Shown piece by piece: positions 11,696 through 20,775 of a stretch of 64,000 nt of DNA. Both the position numbers and the translations under genes were made by a program. The DNA lies in NCBI GenBank assembly GCA_963798845.1, contig CAWCUS010000005.1:320001-384000 (forward strand), written 5' to 3'. The DNA is from an uncultured Gemmatimonadales bacterium (GTDB taxonomy: Bacteria > Gemmatimonadota > Gemmatimonadetes > Longimicrobiales > RSA9). Position 1 is the first letter of the stretch; every line of letters begins with the position of its first letter. Under the pieces are notes generated by a model. It saw only the letters and a list, made by a program, of their open reading frames with translations, made no database searches and had not been told where the DNA came from.

Positions 11696-12904
11696 TCACG
11701 ACCCCGAGTGCTGTCCGTGAGCGGAGCTCGACCCGCCGGCGGGGCGCGGGTCGACACCGGACGCGGCCGGCAGGAGGTAGTCGGTCAGCAGCCGATCGGT
11801 GAGGGCGTGGGCGTCGGACTGTCCGAAGTTGGTGGTCGTGATGGCGATGGCCACGCCGAGGCCCGGGAAGCCGATCACCTTCTGACCCCCGTTTCCCGTC
11901 ATCATGAACGCGCGCTCGCCGGCGACCGTCGGCAGCCACCAGAGGTAGCCGTAGTCCACGTCGGTGCGGACGCGGGCGCGCGCCTCGAGCGACTCCCGCA
12001 CCCACGTCTCCGGCACCACCCGTACCCCGTTGCGCACGCCGCCATCCATGTACAGCTGGACGATCGCCAGCAGGTCACGGCTGCGCATGCCCAGACCGCC
12101 GCCGGTCATGGCCGTCCCGGTCGGGGCGAACTGCCACTCCACCCGCTCGATCCCCATCGGGGAGAAGAGGTGCTCGGCCGCCCACTCCGCGAGCGGCCCG
12201 CCGATGGCGCGCTCGAGCACGAACCCGAGCGTGGTCGCCCCGGCCGTGCAGTACGACCACGAGCGGCCGTACGGCGACTCCTCCGGCCTGGGGACCCAGG
12301 CCGGGAATCCGCGGATCGGCAGGTCGAGGGTGAAGCGGGCCCAGTTCTCCACGAGGTACATCCGCTCCTCGTTGCCCCGGGAGAAGCTGTTGTCATCGTC
12401 GCATTCCAGCAGCGAGCTCATGGTCATGAAGTCGCCGATGGTGATCGAGTCCTTGCGCGGATCCGGGAACGCGAACGGCCGCAGCTCCGGGAAGAAGCGG
12501 GCCACGCGCTCGTCCACGCCCCGCAGCTGGCCCTCCTGGATGGCGATGCCCACCAGCACGCTCGTTATGGTCTTGGTGGCGGAGCGGGTGTTGCGCAGCG
12601 CCTCCCGGCCTCCTTCATCGAAGTACTGCTCGTACGCGAGCGAGCCGTGCACCGCCATGAGGACGCTCGTGACCCGGCCGAAGTCGCCGCCCCGGATGCC
12701 GTTCTCCATGGCATGCAGCAGCGTCGTGTCCAGCCCGGCGGCCGCGGGATCCTGGACCGGCCAGTCGCCGGACGCGGGAGACGTCGCCTGCGCCGATACG
12801 GCGCTCACGCCGCCGGTCACCCCGAACGCGAGCACGAGGACGATGGACAGTCCACCTTTCTGGCGCGGCATCGCAAAGCGAGCAAGCACGTCGTTTCGCA
12901 GCAT
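11696..12904 (-). CDS. Serine hydrolase, beta-lactamase/NylB-like family
   Basis: SxxK motif (SATK), YCT at the YxN position, LMTMSS-like segment, YGYLWW, signal peptide. Confidence 0.85.
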   Translation of the reverse strand: MLRNDVLARFAMPRQKGGLSIVLVLAFGVTGGVSAVSAQATSPASGDWPVQDPAAAGLDTTLLHAMENGIRGGDFGRVTSVLMAVHGSLAYEQYFDEGGREALRNTRSATKTITSVLVGIAIQEGQLRGVDERVARFFPELRPFAFPDPRKDSITIGDFMTMSSLLECDDDNSFSRGNEERMYLVENWARFTLDLPIRGFPAWVPRPEESPYGRSWSYCTAGATTLGFVLERAIGGPLAEWAAEHLFSPMGIERVEWQFAPTGTAMTGGGLGMRSRDLLAIVQLYMDGGVRNGVRVVPETWVRESLEARARVRTDVDYGYLWWLPTVAGERAFMMTGNGGQKVIGFPGLGVAIAITTTNFGQSDAHALTDRLLTDYLLPAASGVDPRPAGGSSSAHGQHSGS

Positions 12905-13106
12905 GGGTGCGCCTGTCTCGGGTCGGAGGATCAGAGAATGGTCGCGCCGCGCGCGCGCGGCAACGTCCGTGGCACGAGATGGTCCGCTCCCGTGATCGAC
13001 CGCGTCGGTTGGAATACGAGGGTCCCTGGCGGTGACCGCCGTAGTGAAGGAACCGGCGGAGCGGGCTCGCGGCGAAACACCCGAAACCCGCGCCGTTCCT
13101 GCAAAG

Positions 13107-13190
13107 CGGAGGGCCGGGGATTCGAACCCCGATGGGCTTGCGCCCGGCGGTTTTCAAGACCGCTGCCTTACCAGTTAGGTCTAGCCCTCC
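13107..13190 (-). tRNA. tRNA-Ser(TGA)
   Basis: Reverse complement: acceptor stem GGAGGGC/GCCCTCC, anticodon arm GCGGT-CTTGAAA-ACCGC, long variable arm GGGCGCAAGCCC, T-loop GTTCGAATC, discriminator G; CCA not encoded. Confidence 0.95.
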
Positions 13191-13395
13191 AGGAGGCCGC
13201 GAGCGGGACGGGGGATCGCGCTCCCCCTCCCCCTCCCCCTCCCCTACCCTACCACGGCCCGCGGCACAAGATCGCGCCGCGAGCGGCCGCTGACCAGAGC
13301 GGTCCGCGGCCGGCTGCCGGTGGCGCGCCGAGGAGGACGAGCCGGAGCTCGCCCCGGAGCGGCGCGCTCGCGGCCGGCCGCGGCGCGCCTGCCGG

Positions 13396-15009
13396 CTATG
13401 CCGATGGGGTGGCGCCGAGCGTCTTCTGACCGATCCTGAAGATCACGAACTCAGCCGGCTTCAAGGGCGCGACGCCGATGGCGCAGACGAGGCGACCATT
13501 GTCGATGTCGGCGCGGGTCATGGTCGAGCGGTCGCACTTCACGAAGAACGCCTCCTCCGGCTTCGTGCCCGTGAGCCCGCCCTCGCGCCAAACGGTCATC
13601 AGGAAGTTCTCGATGTTCTGCCGCACCCGGGTCCACAGGGGCTGCCCGTTCTCCTCGAAGACCGCCCACCTCGTACCCCTGTCGATCGATTGCTCGAGGT
13701 AGATGAGCAGGCGTCGAACGTTCACGTACTTCCATTCCGGGTCGGCCGACATGGTGCGGGCACCCCACACCAGGATGCCGCGACCGACGGGACGGAAATC
13801 TCGGATCACGTTCACGCCGCGCGGGTTCAGCGTGTCCTGCATGCCGCGCGTGACCTCGAGCTCGAGATCCAGGGCGCCGACGAGCGGGGCATTCGCGGGC
13901 GCCTGGTGCACGCCGGCCTCGGCGTCGGTGCGTGCATAGACGCCCGCGACATGGCCCACCGGCGGCACCAGGATGCGGTCGCGGCCGTCGGGACTCGCCA
14001 CGTGGATCCACGGCCAGTAGATGGCGCCGAACATGGTAGGCCGATCGTTGACGATGGTGCCGACCTCGCGCTGGCCGGCGGCGACGGACAGGATCGCGAA
14101 GCGGTCGGAAAGCCGCTCGCACTGGCCGATGATCTCGTCCGAGAGGTCGGAGCCGAAGTCGTGCTCGTCCGGCGCAGCCAGCAAGGTGACTTCGTCCACG
14201 CGCTCCAGACCGAGCAGCCCGGTCGCGAAGTGGACCTGCTCTCCGTTGCGCGCGAGCGGGCCCTCCTCGGAGCCGCGATAATCCGCGAGCGTGAGCGGCG
14301 CGCCGTCGTCGCCGTTCGCCAGCCTGACGAACTGCGTGTTCGCCGGGCGGCTCGCGCTCGCGACACCGCCCTTCCACTCTCCCGAGACCAGGCTGGAGCC
14401 GCGCAGCGCAGCGAGGACGTAGCTGGCGTCCCCGGGGTCGGCAGACAGATCGTCGTAGACCTCCAGGTGATCGGGCCGGCGGAAGTGGGGATCCGCGTGC
14501 GCTCCCCGCCGGCTCGGATCCACGAACCTTCCGGCGGCCACGGGCGCCGGGACCGTAGCGTAGCAGGCCACGACGAGGCGGAACCGGTCCGGTGGCGGGC
14601 TCGTCGGATCGGCCGGGTCGCGGCTGGTCGGGTCCGTCACCGCGACGACGATGTTGTTGCCCCTGGCGCCGGGGCCGAGCGCGCTCAGCACGAGCGGCCC
14701 GAGGGTATCGCCCGAGCTCGCGGTGCGGGCTGGAGTCGCCTCATCGATGCTGACCACCCGGGCGATGAACGCGCGCCGGCCGCCGTTCTCGAAATAGCCC
14801 CTGACGGCATGCGGCATGTGCGACGTCGCACCCTGCCCCGCGGCCCCGCCGTACAGCCGCTCGAACTCAGCCCAGCTCGTCACCAGCCGGACTTCCGAAG
14901 GCCCGCGCTCCGTCGGGCCCACGATGCCCAGGCTGCTGGTGGCGACCCCCTCGATCGGTTTCGTTCGGATCTCGTCCACGTGCACGCCTGGGGACCTCTG
15001 CTCGGGCAT
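13396..15009 (-). CDS. Contractile tail sheath protein (eCIS/Afp-PVC-like), orphan
   Basis: RBS GGAGG; N-terminus SPGVHVDEI..PIEGVAT...GPTERGP...VTSWAEFERLYG; C-terminal motifs GVHQAPAN, LNPRGVNVIRDF, VWGARTM, WKYVNVRR, WAVFEEN, EEAFFVKCDR, APLKPAEFVIFRI. Confidence 0.93.
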   Translation of the reverse strand: MPEQRSPGVHVDEIRTKPIEGVATSSLGIVGPTERGPSEVRLVTSWAEFERLYGGAAGQGATSHMPHAVRGYFENGGRRAFIARVVSIDEATPARTASSGDTLGPLVLSALGPGARGNNIVVAVTDPTSRDPADPTSPPPDRFRLVVACYATVPAPVAAGRFVDPSRRGAHADPHFRRPDHLEVYDDLSADPGDASYVLAALRGSSLVSGEWKGGVASASRPANTQFVRLANGDDGAPLTLADYRGSEEGPLARNGEQVHFATGLLGLERVDEVTLLAAPDEHDFGSDLSDEIIGQCERLSDRFAILSVAAGQREVGTIVNDRPTMFGAIYWPWIHVASPDGRDRILVPPVGHVAGVYARTDAEAGVHQAPANAPLVGALDLELEVTRGMQDTLNPRGVNVIRDFRPVGRGILVWGARTMSADPEWKYVNVRRLLIYLEQSIDRGTRWAVFEENGQPLWTRVRQNIENFLMTVWREGGLTGTKPEEAFFVKCDRSTMTRADIDNGRLVCAIGVAPLKPAEFVIFRIGQKTLGATPSA

Positions 15010-15073
15010 GGCTCGCCTCCGTCGGTGCGTGTCCGTCATCACATCAATGCGCGCGATCGCGGTGCGGGCCGGC

Positions 15074-17233
15074 TCAGCGCACGGTCACCGCGACGGGGTC
15101 CAGCCCCGGCCGCTCCGCCAGCACCACCTGCACCGGCCCGGCCGGCCTCGCCTGGCCGATCAGCGTCCAGCGCGCTTCCCACAGCCACGCTCCGTGGCCG
15201 CCGGGGCCTCGCTGCCAGACTTCCACCCGCGGGTCGTCGTCCCAGACCACCACGGGAGACCCGGCGTCGTCGCGGTAGCGGAACGCGATGACGGGGCCGT
15301 CCGCGGGAACCAGGCGGCCCGGGTGCAGGTCCGTCCAGCGGGCGACGAGCGCGTCCCCCTCCCACGCCGCCGTGAGCCGTCGCGGCCCGAGCGCTTCGGG
15401 CGCGGGCCCCGCATGGGGCGGCGGGAGGACGTGCGCATCCCCGAGGCGAAAGAAGGTGAGCTCCGGCACGACGGGATCCGGCGAGGGCTCGCTCGCGGCT
15501 GGAAGCCGCGCGGCCATGTCGCCTGCGAGGCGGGCGAGGTACTCGGCGGTGCGGGGGCCGTAGAGGGTCGAAGAGCCCTCGTAGTTCTGGAGCCGGTACT
15601 CGGCGGGGCTTGCCACGTACTGGTTGTAGCCGTTCGCGAGCCCGACGACCAGCGCCCGGTCGGGCGAGCTTCCGGCCACCGCCGCACCGGCGAGCGCTGC
15701 GTCGCGGATCATGCCCCCCACCACCGTGGTCGCCTCGAACGGGATCGCCACGAGGATCGAGCCGCCCACGTCTGCCACCGTGACCTGCGCCACGTCAGGG
15801 AGGAGCCGGGACAGGACCCGCCGCTGCAGCCTCCCGAGGAACGGCTTCTTCGATCCCTGGCATCCCCGGGGCGGGTTGCGGGTCGAGACCGCCGAGTCCT
15901 CGGCGAAGCCGACGTCGTGAACGCCGAAGAAGCGCCAGTTGCGGTAGCGGGTGTAGCCGTCGTCGGCGCCGGCGAGGGTCGCGGTGCCGGGCTGGGGCGG
16001 GCACAGCCCGTCTCCGATCTGAGCGGCCGCGGTGAGTCCGACGGTCTGAAAGACGCGGCGGATGACGAAGTCGTCGGAAAGCGTGCCTGCTCGGCCGATC
16101 GAGTCGAACACGGCCACCACCGCCTCTCCCAGGGCAGTCCCGACGCGCAGGACCTCGGACCGGGCGAAGACGAGGCACCGAGCCTGCTCTGGCGGGTCCG
16201 GCGGGATCCACAGCTCCGGGCCTGGTGGCGTGCGCGGGCCGGCGGGACGACGCACGGCCGCCAGCCACGGGACCTGGCAGCGGGTACGGACCGGCACGTC
16301 GGGCGCCACGTCGCCCTCGGCGCTGTTGGCCACCAGGTGGACCGCGGTGGGACGGAACGCTGGAGCCCGGCCGTTGATCGAGTCGATGTGCGCTTCCAGC
16401 CGCCGCTCGGCCACTCCCTGGATATCGGCATCGTACAGGCGATTCGCCGACGGGATGCCGGTGCCGTGGATGGCGAAGACCGTGAACGCCCCCGCGGGTC
16501 GGAACGCGCCGTCGCCTGGATCGCGGGAGTCGACGCGCAGCACGGCCAGCGTGGAGTCGACCATTCCGGAGGCGAGGGAGCCGGGCGGCGCGCGGAACCG
16601 GCGCCGCCACGCCTGCGGGTTCGCCTGGAACGGCTTGACGCTGCGGTTCTTCGTGAGATCCCAGACCGCGGCCGTCCCCCACGCCGCCCGGGCCGCCGTC
16701 ATGGACCCGCTCGCCGCCTCGAGCGCGGCCGCGATGCGGTCGGCGAGGAACGCCACCATGCGCGGATCGAAGCCGCCCACCGATGTGCCGAGCTCGTCGT
16801 ACGCCGGGTACCCGAAGTGGTTGCCCGGACCGGCGTGCGTGTGGGTGGCGGAGACGATGAGCCGGTCGGGTCCCAGCCCGGTGGCGGCCCGCACACGCGC
16901 GGCCACCTCCCGGTGCAGGAGCGGCGACAGCTGGCCGAGGTCGAGGGTGACGAGCCCGAGCCGCTCTCCCGAGCCGTCCTCCAGCACCAGCGCCCGGGCG
17001 TACAGTCGCGTCCGCCAGCCCTGCGACGCCTTCCCTTCCGGGCCGTAGCCCATCAACCCGGCCCCTGGCGGCGGCGTGATGTCGGCCCGACCGAACCCCG
17101 CGCGCAGGCCGGTCGTGGCCGGGGCGGCGGGGGGTGGCGATGGCGCAGTCGCGGGCTCCACGAACCCCCGGGCGCAGGCTGCGGGCGCGATCAGGACGAG
17201 GAGCGGGACCAGAGACCGTCGCAGCGAGGTCAT
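15074..17233 (-). CDS. Neutral/alkaline non-lysosomal ceramidase family lipoprotein
   Basis: Lipobox-like LIAPAAC; motifs ADITPP, RLYARA, SATHTHAGPG, FAIHGT, AEGDV, GLANGY..Y..SPAEY..QNYEG.STLYGP. Confidence 0.85.
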   Translation of the reverse strand: MTSLRRSLVPLLVLIAPAACARGFVEPATAPSPPPAAPATTGLRAGFGRADITPPPGAGLMGYGPEGKASQGWRTRLYARALVLEDGSGERLGLVTLDLGQLSPLLHREVAARVRAATGLGPDRLIVSATHTHAGPGNHFGYPAYDELGTSVGGFDPRMVAFLADRIAAALEAASGSMTAARAAWGTAAVWDLTKNRSVKPFQANPQAWRRRFRAPPGSLASGMVDSTLAVLRVDSRDPGDGAFRPAGAFTVFAIHGTGIPSANRLYDADIQGVAERRLEAHIDSINGRAPAFRPTAVHLVANSAEGDVAPDVPVRTRCQVPWLAAVRRPAGPRTPPGPELWIPPDPPEQARCLVFARSEVLRVGTALGEAVVAVFDSIGRAGTLSDDFVIRRVFQTVGLTAAAQIGDGLCPPQPGTATLAGADDGYTRYRNWRFFGVHDVGFAEDSAVSTRNPPRGCQGSKKPFLGRLQRRVLSRLLPDVAQVTVADVGGSILVAIPFEATTVVGGMIRDAALAGAAVAGSSPDRALVVGLANGYNQYVASPAEYRLQNYEGSSTLYGPRTAEYLARLAGDMAARLPAASEPSPDPVVPELTFFRLGDAHVLPPPHAGPAPEALGPRRLTAAWEGDALVARWTDLHPGRLVPADGPVIAFRYRDDAGSPVVVWDDDPRVEVWQRGPGGHGAWLWEARWTLIGQARPAGPVQVVLAERPGLDPVAVTVR

Positions 17234-18138
17234 GGCGTCCTCCGGAGCGGGTAAAGGATACTCAGGGCCACGTCCAGTCGGGCGGTGACGCGGGCCTCGT
17301 CGCCGGGATCGGGGCCGCGCCGGCGCGTGGCTCCGTCGATCCCGAGCTGGACGGTGCCATCCAGGTGCAGCGTCATGGGGATCCCGGCCGGCTGAAAGAA
17401 CGGCGTCGCCCCCAGTGACAGCTGCACATGCGTCAGCCCTTCGCCCTCGTATCGGGCGGGCTCCGGGTCGGTGCCGCCGGTGCCCTCCGGGTCCTGGTTC
17501 CAGCTCCAGCCGGCCGCCAGCCGTGCGACCAGAGAGCCGAGCGGCTCACCGACGAACAGCACCGGCAGGCGCGACACGAGCGCGGTCTCCACGTAGGTGC
17601 CGCCGACGGGGCCCAGGTCGAAGGCGGCGGACGCATCCACGCCGATCGGCAGGTCGGACGGAAGCCCCACGATCGTGTACAGCTGCCCCAGTCCGCTCAG
17701 GCGAGCGCCGAGGAAGAGCTCGCTCGCGTCGCGCGCGTCTCCCAGTCCGCCCGACGCCGGGTCCCCGTGGAAGGTGTAGCGGGTCCAGCCGCCCCGGAGG
17801 TCGATCACCGCGGACGCGAGCCGGAGCCGATAATCACCCTCCGTCCAGACGTCCACCTCGGCCAGGCCGCCGTCCTGGCCCGCGAGCGTCAGGTCGCCCG
17901 CCCCCGGGCGCCACGGCTCCACCAGCGCCCAGCCGCCGGCGCTGATCATGAGCGCCGGCCCCTTCCACGCCAGAGCGAGTGCAGGCTGGACCGTCGCCCG
18001 GCTCACCCGGGTCAGCCCGCGCCACACGTAGTCCGTCGAGAACCCGAGGTCGATCGCCCCCTCCACCTGCGCCGCGCTCGCGGACGGCACGAGCAGGGAA
18101 AGCGTCAGGAGGAGCGAACGGAACGCGCCCCGGATCAC
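17230..18138 (-). CDS. TorF-like putative porin / outer membrane beta-barrel
   Basis: GTG 18138 overlaps the upstream stop (GTGA); signal peptide; motifs STDYVWRG and EVD; stop overlaps the ceramidase ATG. Confidence 0.7.
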   Translation of the reverse strand: MIRGAFRSLLLTLSLLVPSASAAQVEGAIDLGFSTDYVWRGLTRVSRATVQPALALAWKGPALMISAGGWALVEPWRPGAGDLTLAGQDGGLAEVDVWTEGDYRLRLASAVIDLRGGWTRYTFHGDPASGGLGDARDASELFLGARLSGLGQLYTIVGLPSDLPIGVDASAAFDLGPVGGTYVETALVSRLPVLFVGEPLGSLVARLAAGWSWNQDPEGTGGTDPEPARYEGEGLTHVQLSLGATPFFQPAGIPMTLHLDGTVQLGIDGATRRRGPDPGDEARVTARLDVALSILYPLRRTP

Positions 18139-19589
18139 GGGGCCTCCACCGGAAAATGGAGCGTCCGCCGAAGCAGCAGCCGGGCTCCGGCGACGCCCGC
18201 TTCCGGCCGTCCCCAGGCGCTGATCACCGCCCGGATCATCCCCTCGGCCTCGCGGTGGGTGAAGGTCACGGTCGCGTAGTTCTGGCGGTCGGTCGTGACG
18301 AAGTCGCCGCCACCGAGCGAGGCGTCGGTGCTCTCGAGTCGGAAGTGGGCGCCGCTCCCGCCGAGGACGCCGCGCGTCACCTCCGGCCCACCCGGAGGGT
18401 CGGTCCCGGGAGCTTCCTTGAGGCGGGAGAACGCCGAACAGGTGAGCTCGGCGAGCCGGAGCTCGTCGCGCGCGTCCACCGGATCGAACCCCTCGATGAC
18501 ATAGAGGCGGGTGTAGTGGAGGTCGCCGGCCAGGACCAGGACGCGCTTCCGCGCGTTGGTGAGCGCGGTGACGAGCCGTGCGTAGTCCGCAGTGTAGTCG
18601 GCCAGGTTGTGGTCGGTGAAGCTGCCGGGGCCCTGGAAGATCGGCGGTCCCACGGCCAGGATGCCCAGCCCGCCCGGCTCCATGAGCCAGTCGCACACGG
18701 CGTCGAGGTGATGCGGGTCGGTGAACTGCACGGCGCCCGGCGTGTCCGCGCGCGTCCGGCCGAGGCGCGTGTCGAGCGAGAAGAACGACAGCGGCGGGAC
18801 GTCGAAGCGGATGGTGTCCGCATTCTCCCGCAGGATGCCCGGCGTGATCTGCCCGACGGCGGCGACCAGCCCGGGATCCAGGTTGAGCGCGCCCTGAAAG
18901 GCGTCGAACGCCTTCCGAAGCTCCCGATCCAGCTTCTGCACACCCGAGTCTCTGGTCCACGGGAGCCAGAGCGGCTTGTGCGGGTAGTCGTTCCACATCT
19001 CGTGGTCGTCCGCCAGGAACACGGTGGGCGGGAGCTGCCGGAGCAGGTTGGCGAAGCGGCGGTCTCGCCACTGCTCCAGGTAAGCCGCCCACGGGTCCGG
19101 GGCCTCCCTCATCGGCATGGACCAGGCGTCGGGCCTTTCCGGCGCGATCTCCTTCACCAGGTCCATGTAGATCTGGTCGCCCAGCAGGAACGCGAGCCGC
19201 AGCGGGTCCGCGCTGTCGGGCCGGTGCTGCCGGGGCGGGAACCAGCGCCAGACCTCGTCGACATCCATCGGCCAGTTGTAGCAGGACCCTAGCGCCATCG
19301 TGAACGGCGCGCCGCCCGCGAGCGTGGCCGGCAGCGTGCGGGCGCGTCCGATCTGCTCGTCCCCATCCTCGGTCCGCCCGGACAACGTGTAGGCCGAGTC
19401 GGGCTGGAGCCCGGTGGTCGCCGCGAGCCAGGCCCGGCCCGCGTCGCCCGGCAGGTCGGCCAGGACGTGCACCTTGGTGTCTCCCGCGCCGATCGACGGC
19501 GCCAGCTCCAGGGTCAACGGTGTGCTGTCCTCGGCCAGGATCCACCAGGTGAGGCCATCCGATGCCGCTCTTCCCGGGACGATGAGCAT
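18135..19589 (-). CDS. PhoD-family (alkaline phosphatase D-like) metallophosphoesterase
   Basis: Motifs LGSC, LGDQIYMD, DDHEMWND, LDTR, AGDLH; RBS GGAG; no obvious Sec/Tat signal. Confidence 0.8.
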   Translation of the reverse strand: MLIVPGRAASDGLTWWILAEDSTPLTLELAPSIGAGDTKVHVLADLPGDAGRAWLAATTGLQPDSAYTLSGRTEDGDEQIGRARTLPATLAGGAPFTMALGSCYNWPMDVDEVWRWFPPRQHRPDSADPLRLAFLLGDQIYMDLVKEIAPERPDAWSMPMREAPDPWAAYLEQWRDRRFANLLRQLPPTVFLADDHEMWNDYPHKPLWLPWTRDSGVQKLDRELRKAFDAFQGALNLDPGLVAAVGQITPGILRENADTIRFDVPPLSFFSLDTRLGRTRADTPGAVQFTDPHHLDAVCDWLMEPGGLGILAVGPPIFQGPGSFTDHNLADYTADYARLVTALTNARKRVLVLAGDLHYTRLYVIEGFDPVDARDELRLAELTCSAFSRLKEAPGTDPPGGPEVTRGVLGGSGAHFRLESTDASLGGGDFVTTDRQNYATVTFTHREAEGMIRAVISAWGRPEAGVAGARLLLRRTLHFPVEAP

Positions 19590-19839
19590 GAGAGATCTCC
19601 TGTCGGCGGAGGTCCGGCTCCGGTGCGCGAAGGGGTGCGGGCTGCGCAGCGCGGGATACCGAAAGCACGGCTGAAGGCTGGAACGTCCGGAGCCAGTGAT
19701 AGGGGCGCGGCGACCGCCGTGCAAGGGGGACGTTCCGGACGCCTCCGCCTCGGCGCGCCGGCCCGCCCGGTTGACACGCGGACCCCGGCCGGAGAACAAT
19801 GAGAAATTCCGCCTGTCTCACAGAAGCCCAGGAACTCCC

Positions 19840-20700
19840 ATGATCGCTCGCCGCACCCTGTCCGTACCCGCGCTCGTCGTTCTGCTCGCCACGCTGGCGC
19901 CGCCAGCGGCGCGCGCCCAGACGGCGGCCCAGGTCTTCCAGACGGCCATGGACCGCTACGCCAGCCGCATGAAGGGGATCGAAAGCTATACCGTCGTGCA
20001 GGACATGATGGGATTCGAGACCACCACGTACCATTCGCGCGTCGAGGGGAGCGATCCGCCCATCTACGACACCAAAGTGGTCATCGCGGGGCAGGACCTC
20101 TCCAGCCTGAGCCCCGCGCAGAAGGAGCAGGCCCGGAGCCCGGACATGAGCGAGCTCTATCCCGAGCTGGCGAAGCGCGCCAGCCTGAAGGGGAGCGAGT
20201 CTGTGGACGGCCACGAAACGTACGTGATCGAGATCGACGACCTCTCCGGGATCTCCGTGTGGCAGCAGTCCGGTGAGGCGGGCCAGAGCTTCGAGCCGAA
20301 GACCATGACCATGTACCTGGACAAGGACCAGTACGTCCCTCGCCGGGTCAGGATCGAGGGCAGCACGGACATGAACGGCAAGAAGAGCGACATCACCATG
20401 GTCATGAACGCGGGCGACTACCGGGAGGTCGAGGGGCTGCTCTATCCGTTCCACACGACCATGCACATGGAAGGGATGGAGAACGCCATGAGCCCCGAGG
20501 ACCGGGCGCAGGCGCAGGAGTCGCTGGACCAGATGGAGGAGCAGATGAAGAACATGCCCGAAGCCCAGCGGAAGATGATGGAGAAGATGATGGGCGGGCA
20601 GATGGAGAAGCTGAAGCAGATGGTCGGCGGCGGCGGGATGGACATGGAAGTGAGCGTGAAGGATGTGAAGGTGAACACGCCGCCTCCCGCGGAGGGGTGA
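19840..20700 (+). CDS. Secreted hypothetical protein (LolA/DUF4412-like) with Met-rich C-terminal helices
   Basis: Signal peptide ending AARA-Q; G.ESVDGHETYVIE, DYREVEGLLYP; QMEEQMKNMPEAQRKMMEKMM. Confidence 0.65.
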   Translation: MIARRTLSVPALVVLLATLAPPAARAQTAAQVFQTAMDRYASRMKGIESYTVVQDMMGFETTTYHSRVEGSDPPIYDTKVVIAGQDLSSLSPAQKEQARSPDMSELYPELAKRASLKGSESVDGHETYVIEIDDLSGISVWQQSGEAGQSFEPKTMTMYLDKDQYVPRRVRIEGSTDMNGKKSDITMVMNAGDYREVEGLLYPFHTTMHMEGMENAMSPEDRAQAQESLDQMEEQMKNMPEAQRKMMEKMMGGQMEKLKQMVGGGGMDMEVSVKDVKVNTPPPAEG

Positions 20701-20775
20701 CGCGGCGCGCAGCGACACGGATCGGGGAGTGAGGCCGCCCGGGACCTGGCGGAGTCGGGCTGCACTGCCCGCGCC

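Noticed and set aside
8751..12005. 1084-aa minus-strand ORF and similar long overlapping ORFs (e.g. 14816..17254, 26079..27950, 33812..36154, 61464..63788)
   Set aside because: Antisense or off-frame shadows of recognisable genes in very high-GC DNA; Arg/Gly/Pro-rich with no motifs
13107..15009. Prophage integrated at tRNA-Ser
   Set aside because: No integrase, no other phage genes, no duplicated tRNA 3' end found, and the sheath gene is on the 5' side of the tRNA
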